In this document: in pieces, positions 36,996 through 48,143 of the stretch | Layout: every line of letters begins with the position of its first letter | How positions within the stretch are numbered: the stretch's first letter is position 1 | Assembly (NCBI RefSeq): GCF_009931435.1 | Contig: NZ_CP043414.1 | DNA: 64,000 nucleotides | Direction: 5' to 3' (one strand) | DNA from: Escherichia coli | GTDB lineage: Bacteria; Pseudomonadota; Gammaproteobacteria; Enterobacterales; Enterobacteriaceae | Translations under genes and position numbers: made by a program | The notes under the pieces: model-generated | What the model was told of the DNA's origin: nothing | What the model saw: the letters and a program-made list of their open reading frames with translations, nothing else | Databases searched by the model: none

Positions 36996-37000
36996 CAACC

Positions 37001-39433
37001 ATGACCACACTGAAACTGGACACGCTCAGCGACCGCATTAAAGCGCACAAAAATGCGCTGGTGAATATTGTGAAACCGCCGGTCTGTACCGAGCGCGCGC
37101 AGCACTATACCGAGATGTATCAACAACATCTCGATAAGCCGATCCCGGTACGTCGCGCTCTGGCGCTGGCCCATCACCTGGCGAATCGCACTATTTGGAT
37201 CAAGCACGATGAGTTGATCATCGGCAACCAGGCAAGCAAAGTTCGCGCCGCGCCGATCTTCCCGGAATATACCGTCTCCTGGATCGAAAAAGAGATTGAT
37301 GATCTGGCGGATCGTCCGGGTGCAGGTTTTGCGGTGAGCGAAGAGAACAAACGCGTTCTGCATGAAGTGTGCCCGTGGTGGCGCGGTCAGACGGTACAGG
37401 ATCGCTGCTATGGCATGTTTACCGATGAGCAAAAAGGCCTGCTGGCGACCGGTATCATTAAAGCGGAAGGTAATATGACCTCCGGCGATGCGCACCTGGC
37501 GGTCAATTTCCCACTGTTGCTGGAAAAAGGGCTTGATGGTTTGCGCGAGAAAGTGGCGGAGCGCCGCTCGCGTATTAACCTGACCGTGCTGGAAGATCTG
37601 CACGGCGAGCAGTTCCTGAAAGCGATTGATATCGTGCTGGTGGCGGTCAGTGAACATATTGAACGTTTCGCTGCCCTGGCGCGTGAAATGGCCGTTACCG
37701 AACCCCGCGAAAGCCGTCGCGATGAACTGCTGGCGATGGCCGAAAACTGCGACCTTATCGCCCACCAGCCGCCGCAGACTTTCTGGCAGGCGCTGCAACT
37801 GTGCTACTTCATCCAGTTGATTTTGCAGATCGAATCCAACGGACACTCGGTATCGTTTGGTCGTATGGACCAGTATCTCTACCCGTACTATCGCCGCGAC
37901 GTTGAACTGAACCAGACGCTGGATCGCGAACACGCCATCGAGATGCTGCATAGCTGCTGGCTGAAACTGCTGGAAGTGAACAAGATCCGCTCCGGCTCGC
38001 ACTCAAAAGCCTCTGCGGGAAGTCCGCTGTATCAGAACGTCACCATTGGCGGGCAAAATCTGGTTGATGGTCAGCCGATGGACGCGGTGAATCCACTCTC
38101 TTACGCGATCCTTGAATCCTGCGGTCGCCTGCGTTCGACGCAGCCTAACCTCAGCGTGCGCTACCACGCGGGAATGAGTAACGATTTCCTCGATGCCTGC
38201 GTACAGGTGATTCGCTGCGGCTTCGGGATGCCCGCGTTCAACAACGACGAAATCGTCATCCCGGAATTTATTAAACTCGGTATTGAACCGCAGGACGCTT
38301 ACGACTACGCGGCGATTGGCTGTATCGAAACCGCCGTCGGTGGCAAATGGGGCTATCGCTGCACCGGGATGAGCTTTATCAACTTCGCCCGCGTGATGCT
38401 GGCGGCGCTGGAAGGCGGTCGTGATGCCACCAGCGGCAAAGTGTTCCTGCCACAAGAAAAAGCGTTGTCAGCGGGTAACTTCAACAACTTCGATGAAGTG
38501 ATGGACGCGTGGGACACGCAAATCCGTTATTACACCCGTAAATCAATCGAAATCGAATATGTCGTCGACACCATGCTGGAAGAGAACGTGCACGATATTC
38601 TCTGCTCGGCGCTGGTGGATGACTGCATTGAGCGAGCGAAAAGTATCAAGCAAGGCGGCGCGAAATATGACTGGGTATCGGGCCTGCAGGTCGGCATTGC
38701 TAACCTCGGCAACAGCCTGGCGGCAGTGAAGAAACTGGTGTTTGAACAGGGCGCGATTGGTCAGCAACAACTGGCTGCCGCACTGGCGGATGACTTCGAC
38801 GGCCTGACGCACGAGCAGCTGCGTCAGCGGCTGATTAACGGCGCGCCGAAGTACGGCAACGACGATGATACTGTCGATACGCTGCTGGCTCGCGCTTATC
38901 AGACCTATATCGACGAACTGAAGCAGTACCATAATCCGCGCTACGGTCGTGGTCCGATTGGCGGCAACTATTACGCGGGTACGTCGTCTATCTCCGCTAA
39001 CGTACCGTTTGGCGCGCAAACTATGGCAACGCCGGACGGGCGTAAAGCCCACACCCCGCTGGCAGAAGGCGCAAGCCCGGCTTCCGGTACTGATCATCTT
39101 GGCCCTACTGCGGTCATTGGCTCGGTGGGTAAACTGCCTACGGCAGCGATTCTCGGCGGCGTGTTGCTCAACCAGAAACTGAATCCGGCAACGCTGGAGA
39201 ACGAATCTGACAAGCAGAAACTGATGATCCTGCTACGTACCTTCTTTGAGGTGCATAAAGGCTGGCATATTCAGTACAACATCGTTTCCCGCGAAACGCT
39301 GCTGGAAGCGAAAAAGCATCCGGATCAGTACCGCGATCTGGTGGTGCGCGTAGCGGGTTATTCCGCCTTCTTCACTGCGCTCTCTCCAGACGCACAGGAC
39401 GATATCATCGCCCGTACTGAACATATGCTGTAA
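37001..39433 (+). CDS. ybiW: Glycyl radical enzyme of PFL family, YbiW (PflF)
   Basis: 810-aa; C-terminal glycyl radical motif RVAGYSAFF. Confidence 0.9.
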   Translation: MTTLKLDTLSDRIKAHKNALVNIVKPPVCTERAQHYTEMYQQHLDKPIPVRRALALAHHLANRTIWIKHDELIIGNQASKVRAAPIFPEYTVSWIEKEIDDLADRPGAGFAVSEENKRVLHEVCPWWRGQTVQDRCYGMFTDEQKGLLATGIIKAEGNMTSGDAHLAVNFPLLLEKGLDGLREKVAERRSRINLTVLEDLHGEQFLKAIDIVLVAVSEHIERFAALAREMAVTEPRESRRDELLAMAENCDLIAHQPPQTFWQALQLCYFIQLILQIESNGHSVSFGRMDQYLYPYYRRDVELNQTLDREHAIEMLHSCWLKLLEVNKIRSGSHSKASAGSPLYQNVTIGGQNLVDGQPMDAVNPLSYAILESCGRLRSTQPNLSVRYHAGMSNDFLDACVQVIRCGFGMPAFNNDEIVIPEFIKLGIEPQDAYDYAAIGCIETAVGGKWGYRCTGMSFINFARVMLAALEGGRDATSGKVFLPQEKALSAGNFNNFDEVMDAWDTQIRYYTRKSIEIEYVVDTMLEENVHDILCSALVDDCIERAKSIKQGGAKYDWVSGLQVGIANLGNSLAAVKKLVFEQGAIGQQQLAAALADDFDGLTHEQLRQRLINGAPKYGNDDDTVDTLLARAYQTYIDELKQYHNPRYGRGPIGGNYYAGTSSISANVPFGAQTMATPDGRKAHTPLAEGASPASGTDHLGPTAVIGSVGKLPTAAILGGVLLNQKLNPATLENESDKQKLMILLRTFFEVHKGWHIQYNIVSRETLLEAKKHPDQYRDLVVRVAGYSAFFTALSPDAQDDIIARTEHML

Positions 39434-39572
39434 TCTCCTTCGCCCGGTAACGGTTGTTGCCGGGCGAAAATACTCATCCCATCGATATTATTTTAATCCG
39501 AAATAAATTTGTGCTCCGCGTCACATTGTCATTACACTGTGGCGGTTTGCATTCATTGTCAGGAGCACATCT

Positions 39573-40388
39573 ATGAGCGTAAAAGTTATCGTCACAGACA
39601 TGGACGGTACTTTTCTGAGCGACGCCAAAACGTACAACAATGAGCGTTTTATGGTGCAATATCAGGAACTTAAAAAGCGCGGCATTGAGTTCGTTGTCGC
39701 CAGCGGTAATCAGTATTACCAGCTTATTTCGTTCTTTCCTGAGCTAAAGGATGAGATCTCTTTTGTCGCGGAAAACGGCGCACTGGTTTACGAACATGGC
39801 AAGCAACTGTTCCACGGCGAACTGACCCGACATGAATCAAGAGTTGTCATTGGTGAACTGCTGAAAGACAAGCAGCTCAATTTTGTTGCCTGCGGTTTGC
39901 AAAGCGCGTATGTCAGTGAGAATGCGCCAGAAGCATTCGTCGCGCTAATGGCAAAACACTACCATCGTCTGAAACCTGTGAAAGATTACCAGGATATTGA
40001 TGATGTACTGTTCAAGTTTTCGCTCAACCTGCCTGACGAACAAATCCCGTTAGTGATCGACAAACTGCATATTACGCTCGATGGCATTATGAAGCCCGTC
40101 ACCAGTGGTTTTGGCTTTATCGACCTGATTATTCCTGGCCTGCATAAAGCGAATGGTATTTCGCGGTTACTGAAACGCTGGGATCTGTCACCGCAAAATG
40201 TGGTAGCGATTGGCGACAGCGGTAACGATGCGGAGATGCTGAAAATGGCGCGTTATTCCTTTGCGATGGGCAATGCTGCGGAAAACATTAAACAAATCTC
40301 CCGTTACGCTACCGATGATAATAATCATGAAGGCGCGCTGAATGTGATTCAGGCGGTGCTGGATAACACCGCTCCTTTCAATAAGTAA
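39573..40388 (+). CDS. ybiV: Sugar phosphatase YbiV (SupH), Cof-type HAD
   Basis: [17 protein letters not shown]; 271 aa; paralogous to ybjI in this window. Confidence 0.85.
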   Translation: MSVKVIVTDMDGTFLSDAKTYNNERFMVQYQELKKRGIEFVVASGNQYYQLISFFPELKDEISFVAENGALVYEHGKQLFHGELTRHESRVVIGELLKDKQLNFVACGLQSAYVSENAPEAFVALMAKHYHRLKPVKDYQDIDDVLFKFSLNLPDEQIPLVIDKLHITLDGIMKPVTSGFGFIDLIIPGLHKANGISRLLKRWDLSPQNVVAIGDSGNDAEMLKMARYSFAMGNAAENIKQISRYATDDNNHEGALNVIQAVLDNTAPFNK

Positions 40389-40539
40389 CCTTTTCCCGGC
40401 CGGAGCAATCGTTCCGGCATCTCTCTTTTTTGCTCACTTTGTGCACTTACTCAAGATTTTCATCTTGCGTTAACTTATTTTTAACTTAAAGTATCAATCA
40501 TAACTATTTTCACTTTCGAACGAAAGTTGTGAGGTTGAT

Positions 40540-41799
40540 ATGACTTTTACCTATGAGACACTGCCAACAGATGCGAAAACGGCTATCCGTAAGATGAAAG
40601 CGGAGCTGCGACAACAGATCGGCGATGTACAACAGGTCTTCGATAAACTCTCTGCAAAAATCGAAGCACGTGTAGCAGAAATAGACGCCCTCAAAGGGCA
40701 AGGATTACCGGTTTGGCCGGAAGTCCCATATAGCGACGTTGCAGCAGGTACAGTGAGTGAAGCCACGCGCAATGAAATTAAACGTCGCGGCTGTGCAGTA
40801 ATTAAAGGCCATTTCCCCCGCGAACAGGCACTGGCATGGGATCGCGCAATGCTTGACTATCTTGATGCCAATCATTTTGATGATGTTTATAAAGGTCCCG
40901 GCGACAGCTTCTTTGGATCGCTGGAGGCATCTCGTCCTGAAATCTACCCTATTTACTGGTCGCAGGCACAAATGCAGGCGCGACAAAGTGACAATATGGC
41001 GGCGCTGCAATCTTTCCTTAACCGCCTGTGGAAGTCTGAAAGCAACGGCAGGCAGTGGTTTGATCCCGATATTAGCGTGATCTATCCGGACAGGATCCGC
41101 CGCCGCCCACCAGGCACGACGTCTAAAGGTCTGGGTGCACACACTGATTCTGGGGCGCTGGAACGTTGGTTATTACCCGCTTATCAGCGTGTTTTTGCCC
41201 ATGTTTTCAACGGTAATGTCGACGATTACGATCCGTGGGATGCTGCATACCGTACTGATGTTGAAGAGTACACGGTAGATAACACCACAAAATGTTCGGT
41301 GTTCCGCACTTTTCAAGGCTGGACGGCGCTTTCCGATATGTTACCAGGACAGGGATTATTGCATGTGGTGCCAATCCCGGAAGCGATGGCGTATGTTTTA
41401 TTGCGCCCACTGCTGGATGACGTACCGGACGATGAGTTGTGTGGGGTCGCTCCTGGCAAAGTTCTGCCCATTTCAGAGAGATGGCATCCACTACTGATTA
41501 AAGCACTCACTTCCATTCCAGCTATTACAGCGGGGGATTCCGTCTGGTGGCACTGCGACGTGATCCACTCCGTCGCACCGGTAAATAATCAACAAGGCTG
41601 GGGGAATGTGATGTATATCCCTGCCGCGCCGATGTGTGAGAAAAACCGGGCTTATGCGCATAACGTCAGGAAAGCACTGGAAAAAGGGGCATCACCGGGC
41701 GATTTCCCTCGAGAAGATTATGAAGCAAACTGGGATGGCCGATTTACGCTGGATGATCTGAACATTCACGGTAAGCGCGCGCTGGGCATGGATGTTTGA
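40540..41799 (+). CDS. ybiU: YbiU (DUF1479 family protein)
   Basis: 419-aa ORF in the conserved position. Confidence 0.8.
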   Translation: MTFTYETLPTDAKTAIRKMKAELRQQIGDVQQVFDKLSAKIEARVAEIDALKGQGLPVWPEVPYSDVAAGTVSEATRNEIKRRGCAVIKGHFPREQALAWDRAMLDYLDANHFDDVYKGPGDSFFGSLEASRPEIYPIYWSQAQMQARQSDNMAALQSFLNRLWKSESNGRQWFDPDISVIYPDRIRRRPPGTTSKGLGAHTDSGALERWLLPAYQRVFAHVFNGNVDDYDPWDAAYRTDVEEYTVDNTTKCSVFRTFQGWTALSDMLPGQGLLHVVPIPEAMAYVLLRPLLDDVPDDELCGVAPGKVLPISERWHPLLIKALTSIPAITAGDSVWWHCDVIHSVAPVNNQQGWGNVMYIPAAPMCEKNRAYAHNVRKALEKGASPGDFPREDYEANWDGRFTLDDLNIHGKRALGMDV

Positions 41800-41884
41800 G
41801 AGGTGATGGATTAGTAGAAGTGAATTGATGTGAGGTTAAGAAAGCAGGTTCGGTGTTGCTCTGATTGCTGACAAAGTGCGCTTT

Positions 41885-42045
41885 GTTCATGACGGATGCG
41901 GCGTTAACGCCTTATCCGGTCTACAAAGTCCTGAAAATTCAATATATTGCGATACGCTGTCAGGCCTGATAAGCGTAGCGCATCAGGCAATTTTGCATTT
42001 GTCATCAGTTTCAGTAGCCCTGACCCTATCAGGGCTACTGATAAT
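41885..42045. repeat. REP elements plus an 11-bp-stem hairpin between ybiU and ybiT
   Basis: cggatgcggcgttaacgccttatccggtctac, ctgtcaggcctgataagcgtagcgcatcaggca and agtagccctga-ccctat-cagggctact. Confidence 0.6.
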
Positions 42046-42048
42046 AAC

Positions 42049-43641
42049 TTACTCGATCCCTTTACTACGCAGGTAATCTTCGTAATTACCGCTAAAGTCG
42101 ATCACGCGTTCCGGGGTGATTTCCAGAATGCGGGTCGCCAGGGAGCTTACAAACTCACGGTCGTGAGAAACAAAGATCAGCGTTCCCTGATACAGTTCCA
42201 GCGCCATGTTCAGCGACTCGATAGATTCCATATCCAGGTGGTTGGTCGGTTCGTCCATGATTAGAATATTTGGTTTCTGCATCATTAACTTACCAAACAG
42301 CATCCGCCCTTTTTCCCCACCGGAAAGCACATTAGCTGGTTTTTTGATGTCGTCCTGGCTGAACAGCAAACGACCGAGAATGCTGCGTACCGCCTGCTCG
42401 TCATCGCCTTCCTGCTTCCACTGACTCATCCATTCGAATACGGTCAGATCATTTTCGAACTCATATTCGTGGTCCTGGGCGTAGTAACCAATGCGCGCGT
42501 TTTCAGACCATTTTACGGTGCCGCTGTCCGGTTGCAGATCGCCCACCAGCGTTTTCAGCAGCGTTGATTTACCGACGCCGTTGGTACCCAGTACCGCCAG
42601 TTTTTCACCCACTTCCAGCAGCAGGTTGAGATTTTTAAACAGGGGACCGTTATCAAACCCTTTGGTCAGACCTTCCACTTCCAGCGCGTTACGGAACAGT
42701 TTCTTATCCTGTTCAAAACGGATGAACGGGTTCTGACGGCTGGAGGCTTTCACCTCTTCAAGTTTGATTTTATCAATCTGGCGTGCGCGCGAAGTTGCCT
42801 GGCGAGATTTCGAGGCGTTGGCACTAAAGCGGCTAACGAAAGATTGCAACTCAGCAATCTGCGCTTTCTTCTTGGCGTTATCAGCCAGCAGACGTTCACG
42901 CGCCTGAGTCGCCGCCGTCATGTACTCATCGTAGTTGCCCGGATAAACGCGCAGTTCACCGTAATCCAGATCCGCCATGTGGGTACAAACCATGTTAAGG
43001 AAGTGACGGTCGTGCGAGATGATGATCATGGTGCTGTCACGCTCGTTCAGCACCTGTTCCAGCCAACGAATGGTGTCGATGTCGAGGTTGTTGGTCGGTT
43101 CGTCGAGCAGGAGAATGTCCGGATCAGCAAACAGCGCCTGCGCCAGCAGCACACGCAGCTTCCAGCCAGGAGCAACTTCACTCATCGGGCCGTAGTGCTG
43201 TTCCACTGGAATTCCCACGCCAAGCAACAGTTCACCGGCGCGAGCTTCCGCAGAGTAACCGTCCATTTCGCCGTATTTCACTTCCAGATCGGCCACTTTA
43301 TAGCCGTCTTCTTCACTCATTTCCGGCAAAGCATAGATGCGGTCGCGCTCCTGCTTCACTTCCCACAACTCTTTATGCCCCATGATCACCGTATCCAGCA
43401 CGGTGAACTCTTCAAAGGCAAACTGATCCTGACGCAATTTACCAATGCGCTCGTTGGGATCGAGGGAAACGTTACCCAGCGTCGGCTCTAAGTCGCCGCC
43501 GAGGATCTTCATAAAGGTGGATTTACCACTACCGTTCGCGCCAATCAGGCCGTAACGGTTGCCGCCGCCAAACTTGACGGAAATGTTTTCAAACAACGGC
43601 TTACTGCCGAACTGCATGGTGACGTTACTGGAAACTAACAC
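42049..43641 (-). CDS. ybiT: ABC-F family ATPase YbiT
   Basis: 530-aa with two ABC cassettes (GANGSGKST and GTNGVGKST). Confidence 0.9.
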   Translation of the reverse strand: MLVSSNVTMQFGSKPLFENISVKFGGGNRYGLIGANGSGKSTFMKILGGDLEPTLGNVSLDPNERIGKLRQDQFAFEEFTVLDTVIMGHKELWEVKQERDRIYALPEMSEEDGYKVADLEVKYGEMDGYSAEARAGELLLGVGIPVEQHYGPMSEVAPGWKLRVLLAQALFADPDILLLDEPTNNLDIDTIRWLEQVLNERDSTMIIISHDRHFLNMVCTHMADLDYGELRVYPGNYDEYMTAATQARERLLADNAKKKAQIAELQSFVSRFSANASKSRQATSRARQIDKIKLEEVKASSRQNPFIRFEQDKKLFRNALEVEGLTKGFDNGPLFKNLNLLLEVGEKLAVLGTNGVGKSTLLKTLVGDLQPDSGTVKWSENARIGYYAQDHEYEFENDLTVFEWMSQWKQEGDDEQAVRSILGRLLFSQDDIKKPANVLSGGEKGRMLFGKLMMQKPNILIMDEPTNHLDMESIESLNMALELYQGTLIFVSHDREFVSSLATRILEITPERVIDFSGNYEDYLRSKGIE

Positions 43642-43859
43642 AGGCGTATCCTGAAAAGAGATATGACAAACCGCGTATTATGCCATAAGTCTGAAAGAAG
43701 ATCCCGTCCCCCGCTTAAGGTCTACACTCTTCCCAAAGGCAAAAAATGTGATTTCGTACACATCTGATTTCACTGTGAGCTGGAATGAACTTATAATGCG
43801 CTTCCAATACTCTAATATTCTCAACCCAATGGCCTGCCAGGCACTAAATCTCGCTTAAC

Positions 43860-44780
43860 ATGAATATGAAATTGAAAACATTATTCGCAGCGGCCTTCGC
43901 TGTTGTCGGCTTTTGCAGTACCGCCTCTGCGGTAACTTATCCTCTGCCAACCGACGGGAGTCGCGTGGTTGGTCAGAATCAGGTGATCACCATTCCTGAA
44001 GGTAACACTCAGCCGCTGGAGTATTTTGCCGCCGAGTACCAGATGGGTCTTTCCAACATGATGGAAGCTAACCCGGGTGTGGATACCTTCCTGCCGAAAG
44101 GCGGTACTGTACTGAACATTCCGCAGCAGCTGATCCTGCCGGATACCGTTCATGAAGGCATTGTCATTAACAGCGCAGAGATGCGTCTCTATTACTATCC
44201 GAAAGGCAGCAACACCGTTATCGTGCTGCCCATCGGCATTGGTCAGTTAGGCAAAGACACGCCTATCAACTGGACCACCAAAGTTGAGCGTAAGAAAGCA
44301 GGCCCGACCTGGACGCCGACCGCAAAAATGCACGCAGAGTACCGCGCTGCGGGCGAACCGCTTCCGGCTGTCGTTCCGGCAGGTCCGGATAACCCGATGG
44401 GGCTGTATGCACTCTACATCGGTCGCCTGTACGCTATCCATGGCACCAACGCCAACTTCGGTATCGGTCTGCGTGTAAGTCATGGCTGTGTGCGTCTGCG
44501 TAACGAAGACATCAAATTCCTGTTCGAGAAAGTACCGGTCGGTACTCGCGTACAGTTTATTGATGAGCCGGTAAAAGCGACCACCGAGCCTGACGGCAGC
44601 CGTTATATTGAAGTCCATAACCCGCTGTCTACCACCGAAGCCCAGTTTGAAGGTCAGGAAATTGTGCCAATTACCCTGACCAAGAGCGTGCAGACAGTAA
44701 CTGGTCAGCCTGATGTTGACCAGGTTGTTCTGGATGAAGCGATCAAAAATCGTTCCGGGATGCCGGTTCGTCTGAATTAA
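43860..44780 (+). CDS. ldtB: L,D-transpeptidase LdtB (YbiS)
   Basis: 306-aa; signal peptide; catalytic SHGCVRL motif. Confidence 0.9.
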   Translation: MNMKLKTLFAAAFAVVGFCSTASAVTYPLPTDGSRVVGQNQVITIPEGNTQPLEYFAAEYQMGLSNMMEANPGVDTFLPKGGTVLNIPQQLILPDTVHEGIVINSAEMRLYYYPKGSNTVIVLPIGIGQLGKDTPINWTTKVERKKAGPTWTPTAKMHAEYRAAGEPLPAVVPAGPDNPMGLYALYIGRLYAIHGTNANFGIGLRVSHGCVRLRNEDIKFLFEKVPVGTRVQFIDEPVKATTEPDGSRYIEVHNPLSTTEAQFEGQEIVPITLTKSVQTVTGQPDVDQVVLDEAIKNRSGMPVRLN

Positions 44781-44794
44781 TCGTCAAAACGTAA

Positions 44795-44830
44795 AACAGA
44801 GGCGGACTCATCATCCGCCTTTTTTATTTG
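44795..44830. terminator. Hairpin plus T-run between convergent ldtB and ybiR
   Basis: aggcggactcatcatccgcct followed by tttttattt. Confidence 0.6.
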
Positions 44831-44837
44831 CCAGACC

Positions 44838-45956
44838 CTACCAGGCCGGGAGCATAACGAATAAAACGTATCCCACCAGCGCCGCCCACAACAGCATCGG
44901 TATCGAATAAAGATGAAAACGCCACCAGATACGGCGATCGTTCGCCATCCGTAATGCAATCAAATTTGCCAGCGATCCGGGTAATAAACCAAAGCCACCG
45001 ACGTTTACCGCCCATGCCAGTAATAAAGACGGTGGCACATAATTGAGGAGCAAAATCGTGCTCGGCACATTACTGATCACCTGCGATAAACCAATTGCCG
45101 TTAACCATAATCCGGGTTCGGATAAATGGCTCACATTGCTCAACACGCCCTGCAAAGCTGGCAGTTGGGTCAGCAAATGGACGTCGATAAACATCGCCAT
45201 AAATACCAGCAGCAGCGTCCAGTCCACGCTGATCACCACGCGACGAGCCAGCAGCGCAAAGCCCGCCGCTACAATCACCAGTCCCCACAGCTCTTGTTTT
45301 AACTCCAGCGCCGTCAGAAAGACGATATACAGCCCCAGACAACTCCACACCAGCCGCGGTTTCCACTCAGGTGTTTGCGCCCCCGTATGATATTGCAGCG
45401 CCTTTCCAGGGAAACAACACCAGCACAGTAGCAGGAGTGTCAGCATCATTGCGCCAGCCAGCGGTGCCATTTGGGCAATAAACCCGGCAAACGAAAGACC
45501 AGAACGACCCCAGATAAGAATATTTTGCGGGTTGCCAATCGGCGTCAGTAGCGAACCCGCATTGACTGCCAGCGCCTCAAAAATAATCAGTCGATTAACC
45601 GGGATCTCACACAGTCTTTTTAGCGTGATGGTCAGCGGAACAACTATAAACAGCGCGACATCGTTGGTCAGAAAGGTAGAAAGTAGCGCCGCCGCCAGCA
45701 CCATAAACATCGCCAGCCGTCGCTCCGTAGCAAAGCGGCGCACCATTTTGCGCCCCAGCACATCAAAATAACCGCTTAACTCCACACCTTTGGTCAGCAG
45801 CATCAGACCGCTTAAGGTGATGATGGTGTGCCAGTCGATAGCAGCAGGCCAGGATTTCGGTGCAAAGGGAACAAAAAAACTTAATCCGATGCCAACAAGA
45901 ATTAATAACTGAAAAAAACGATCGCCTTGCAGCGTGCGTAAAAAAGGCAGGCTCAT
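44838..45956 (-). CDS. ybiR: Putative anion transporter YbiR
   Basis: 372-aa polytopic membrane protein. Confidence 0.85.
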
Positions 45957-46420
45957 TTGGCACCGTGTTTCTGGGTAAACAAACGAAAGGCATCCAGCGT
46001 CTCTTCACTAACATGGTGCTCCATGCCTTCCGCGTCGCGACGGGCGATTTCCGGACTGACGCCCAACACCAACAAGAAATTTTCGACTATCTGATGTCGC
46101 TCGCGGCTTTCCTGCGCCAGTTTCTCTCCTTCTGCCGTTAAAAACACGCCACGCCAGGGGATCATTTCAATCAGCCCCATGGTTGCCAGTCGTTTGAGCA
46201 TTTTAGCCACCGTCGGTTGCGAAACGCCCAGACGAGCAGCCATGTCCACCTGACGAGCTTCCCCCACTTCCCTGATCAAGTCAGAAATCAGCTCAACGTA
46301 ATCATCAATAAGCTCGCGCCGGTGTGCCTCTCTGACCTGGCGGAACCCTTCAACGTGCTCTTCCACATTCACTAACTGCGTCACTTTTTTTGCTGTTGGC
46401 GTACCTGCGCGACGACTCAT
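45953..46420 (-). CDS. mntR: Manganese-responsive transcriptional regulator MntR (DtxR family)
   Basis: 155-aa [43 protein letters not shown]; 4-nt overlap with ybiR. Confidence 0.9.
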
Positions 46421-46511
46421 TGTGCTTCCTCATTATGGTGACGCATACATAGCGTTCTCATTTCGTGCGCACATTGTAAACCAGAGTTGCGAAGGTACAA
46501 AAAATTAACGT

Positions 46512-46546
46512 TTTAGCAATAGCTATATAATATAGCCATTGCTAAA
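46512..46546. promoter_or_regulatory. 35-bp near-perfect palindrome about 95 bp upstream of mntR; candidate operator
   Basis: tttagcaatagctatat-a-atatagccattgctaaa, 17-bp arms with one mismatch, read directly; centre is TATA-rich. Confidence 0.4.
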
Positions 46547-46824
46547 TACATAAAATCAAATAAAATCATAATGTTAACAAAACAAAAAAAATAATCAATG
46601 TCGCAAAAATGTCTCACAAAACAAAAGCCATAACTTATTTGCTTGTTTTTTTATAGTGTCAGTATTAATCTAGTATATCAAAATGTTATCACTTCAATTA
46701 TTCTCTGCTTAACATTTATTTAAGAAATAATATTTTTAAGCTCTTTAAAAAAACCTTAAATAACGCTGATAGTTTCTTAGGAAAACTTAACGATAGTGGT
46801 AAATTAATCCCAAAGGACTAAAAA

Positions 46825-48060
46825 ATGGTATTAAGTAACTGTATTCAATGTCAGTCATGCAAATTTATATATAGAGTTAGGGTTGGTATTGGGTTTGATA
46901 AATACCAAAGACATTATATGGACTGTTTTGAGTGTAATATTCCTATTGTTTTTGCTATACGAACAGACCCACCAAATGCTTATCTTGAAGCGGAAGAAAA
47001 CTGCCTAATTGTTGAACATAGTACAGACCACAAGGTTGTTAACTTCCATCCGGGATGTGCTTTTAATAAAGATGAGATACATCAGTCACTGATATTCCCA
47101 TCTATTGAATTGACACAAATGATTCATAAACATATGAGGATGCCGAAAGGACAACGCCTTATAAGTGCCTCTCATCAATTTGATATTCCCAACGCCCCCT
47201 CCAAATGGAATTATTTAAAATCAATAATAAAACTTATTAATGAAGGAAAGAAAGACAAAGCTCAGAATACAGCAAAGCTTTATATGCAATCAAGAAATAA
47301 AGAGTTACCTTTGTATAATGAAGATGATAGCTATTCCTCTACATCTCTAATCTATGAGTTTTTAGATTGGCTTTTCTATCCTCGAGTACATGATATAGCC
47401 GATTCCATTAAAAAAACAATTGATGACCTTAAAGAACAAAATTTGTTGGATGATTTTTACGCTTTCTATAAAGAAAATTTAAAATCCGAAAATGAACAAA
47501 GATACATCAATATAATATCAGATTTCATGGCTCGTAGAGATCATTTCGGGCAGTTAATCTATTACGCAAGAATTAACAACGATGCAATAGACGATAAGAT
47601 AATTAGCTCTAAGAACTTCGATAATGTAAGAAATTATTATGGAGATGCTTATGAAAGTCTGACATCTAACATGACTATTTTAGCATGTATTAATAACATC
47701 GTCAGTGGAAGGGCATTCGATCAGTTCAAGCAAATGACATTGAATAAATACATAAAGGATGTAAATAAAGACAGTAAAACAAACCCATTTAAGGACAACC
47801 CTTTATTTAGCGCATTTTGTGAAGATGATTTAGAGTCAGCAATAAGAAATGGTTCTCATCATGCCTCTATATGGCATGACGGAGAGAGTATTCGATATAG
47901 AAGTGGCGGAACTGGCGCAGAAAGAGAAATAAGCTATACAAAATATATTCACCTTTGTAATAAGCTAACTCTTAAAATCGTAAGTTTGTGGTTAATTGAA
48001 CTTCATATCCAACATATTTACGAAAAAGATGATAATAGCTATGCATGGTTTCATCTTTAA
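46825..48060 (+). CDS. Hypothetical protein, 411 aa, AT-rich cargo gene with N-terminal Cys cluster (possible zinc ribbon); function unknown
   Basis: Long ORF with AAGGA RBS 8 nt upstream of ATG; sampled lines are about 28-37 percent G+C versus about 50 percent in flanking genes; N-terminus CIQCQSC...CFEC; rest rich in K/N/D/E/Y; no family recognised by eye. Confidence 0.6.
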   Translation: MVLSNCIQCQSCKFIYRVRVGIGFDKYQRHYMDCFECNIPIVFAIRTDPPNAYLEAEENCLIVEHSTDHKVVNFHPGCAFNKDEIHQSLIFPSIELTQMIHKHMRMPKGQRLISASHQFDIPNAPSKWNYLKSIIKLINEGKKDKAQNTAKLYMQSRNKELPLYNEDDSYSSTSLIYEFLDWLFYPRVHDIADSIKKTIDDLKEQNLLDDFYAFYKENLKSENEQRYINIISDFMARRDHFGQLIYYARINNDAIDDKIISSKNFDNVRNYYGDAYESLTSNMTILACINNIVSGRAFDQFKQMTLNKYIKDVNKDSKTNPFKDNPLFSAFCEDDLESAIRNGSHHASIWHDGESIRYRSGGTGAEREISYTKYIHLCNKLTLKIVSLWLIELHIQHIYEKDDNSYAWFHL

Positions 48061-48116
48061 GTTAAATATTTGATTCACTAATTTTCAGTTTCTACTCACT
48101 CTAATGATTGTACATA

Positions 48117-48143
48117 GCCCGCACCATTCTTGGTATTGCGGGC
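48117..48143 (+). terminator. Weak hairpin downstream of the 411-aa gene
   Basis: gcccgca-13 nt loop-tgcgggc followed by ttt. Confidence 0.3.

Noticed and set aside
36896-38002. 368-aa minus-strand ORF antisense to ybiW
   Set aside because: Fully contained in the glycyl-radical enzyme gene, which has strong motif support; low-complexity R/Q/F-rich translation typical of an antisense frame.
41885-42045. REP-rich spacer between ybiU and ybiT as a possible small RNA or mobile element
   Set aside because: Sequences match ordinary REP/BIME palindromes common in E. coli intergenic regions; no promoter-terminator pair suggesting an sRNA.
42844-43491. 215-aa plus-strand ORF antisense to ybiT
   Set aside because: ybiT on the minus strand has two clear ABC cassettes; the plus-strand frame is a shadow ORF.
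46421-46830. mntS (rybA) small protein gene expected upstream of mntR
   Set aside because: No reading frame on either strand matches the MntS sequence as I recall it; not called. May be displaced by the prophage or my memory may be imperfect.
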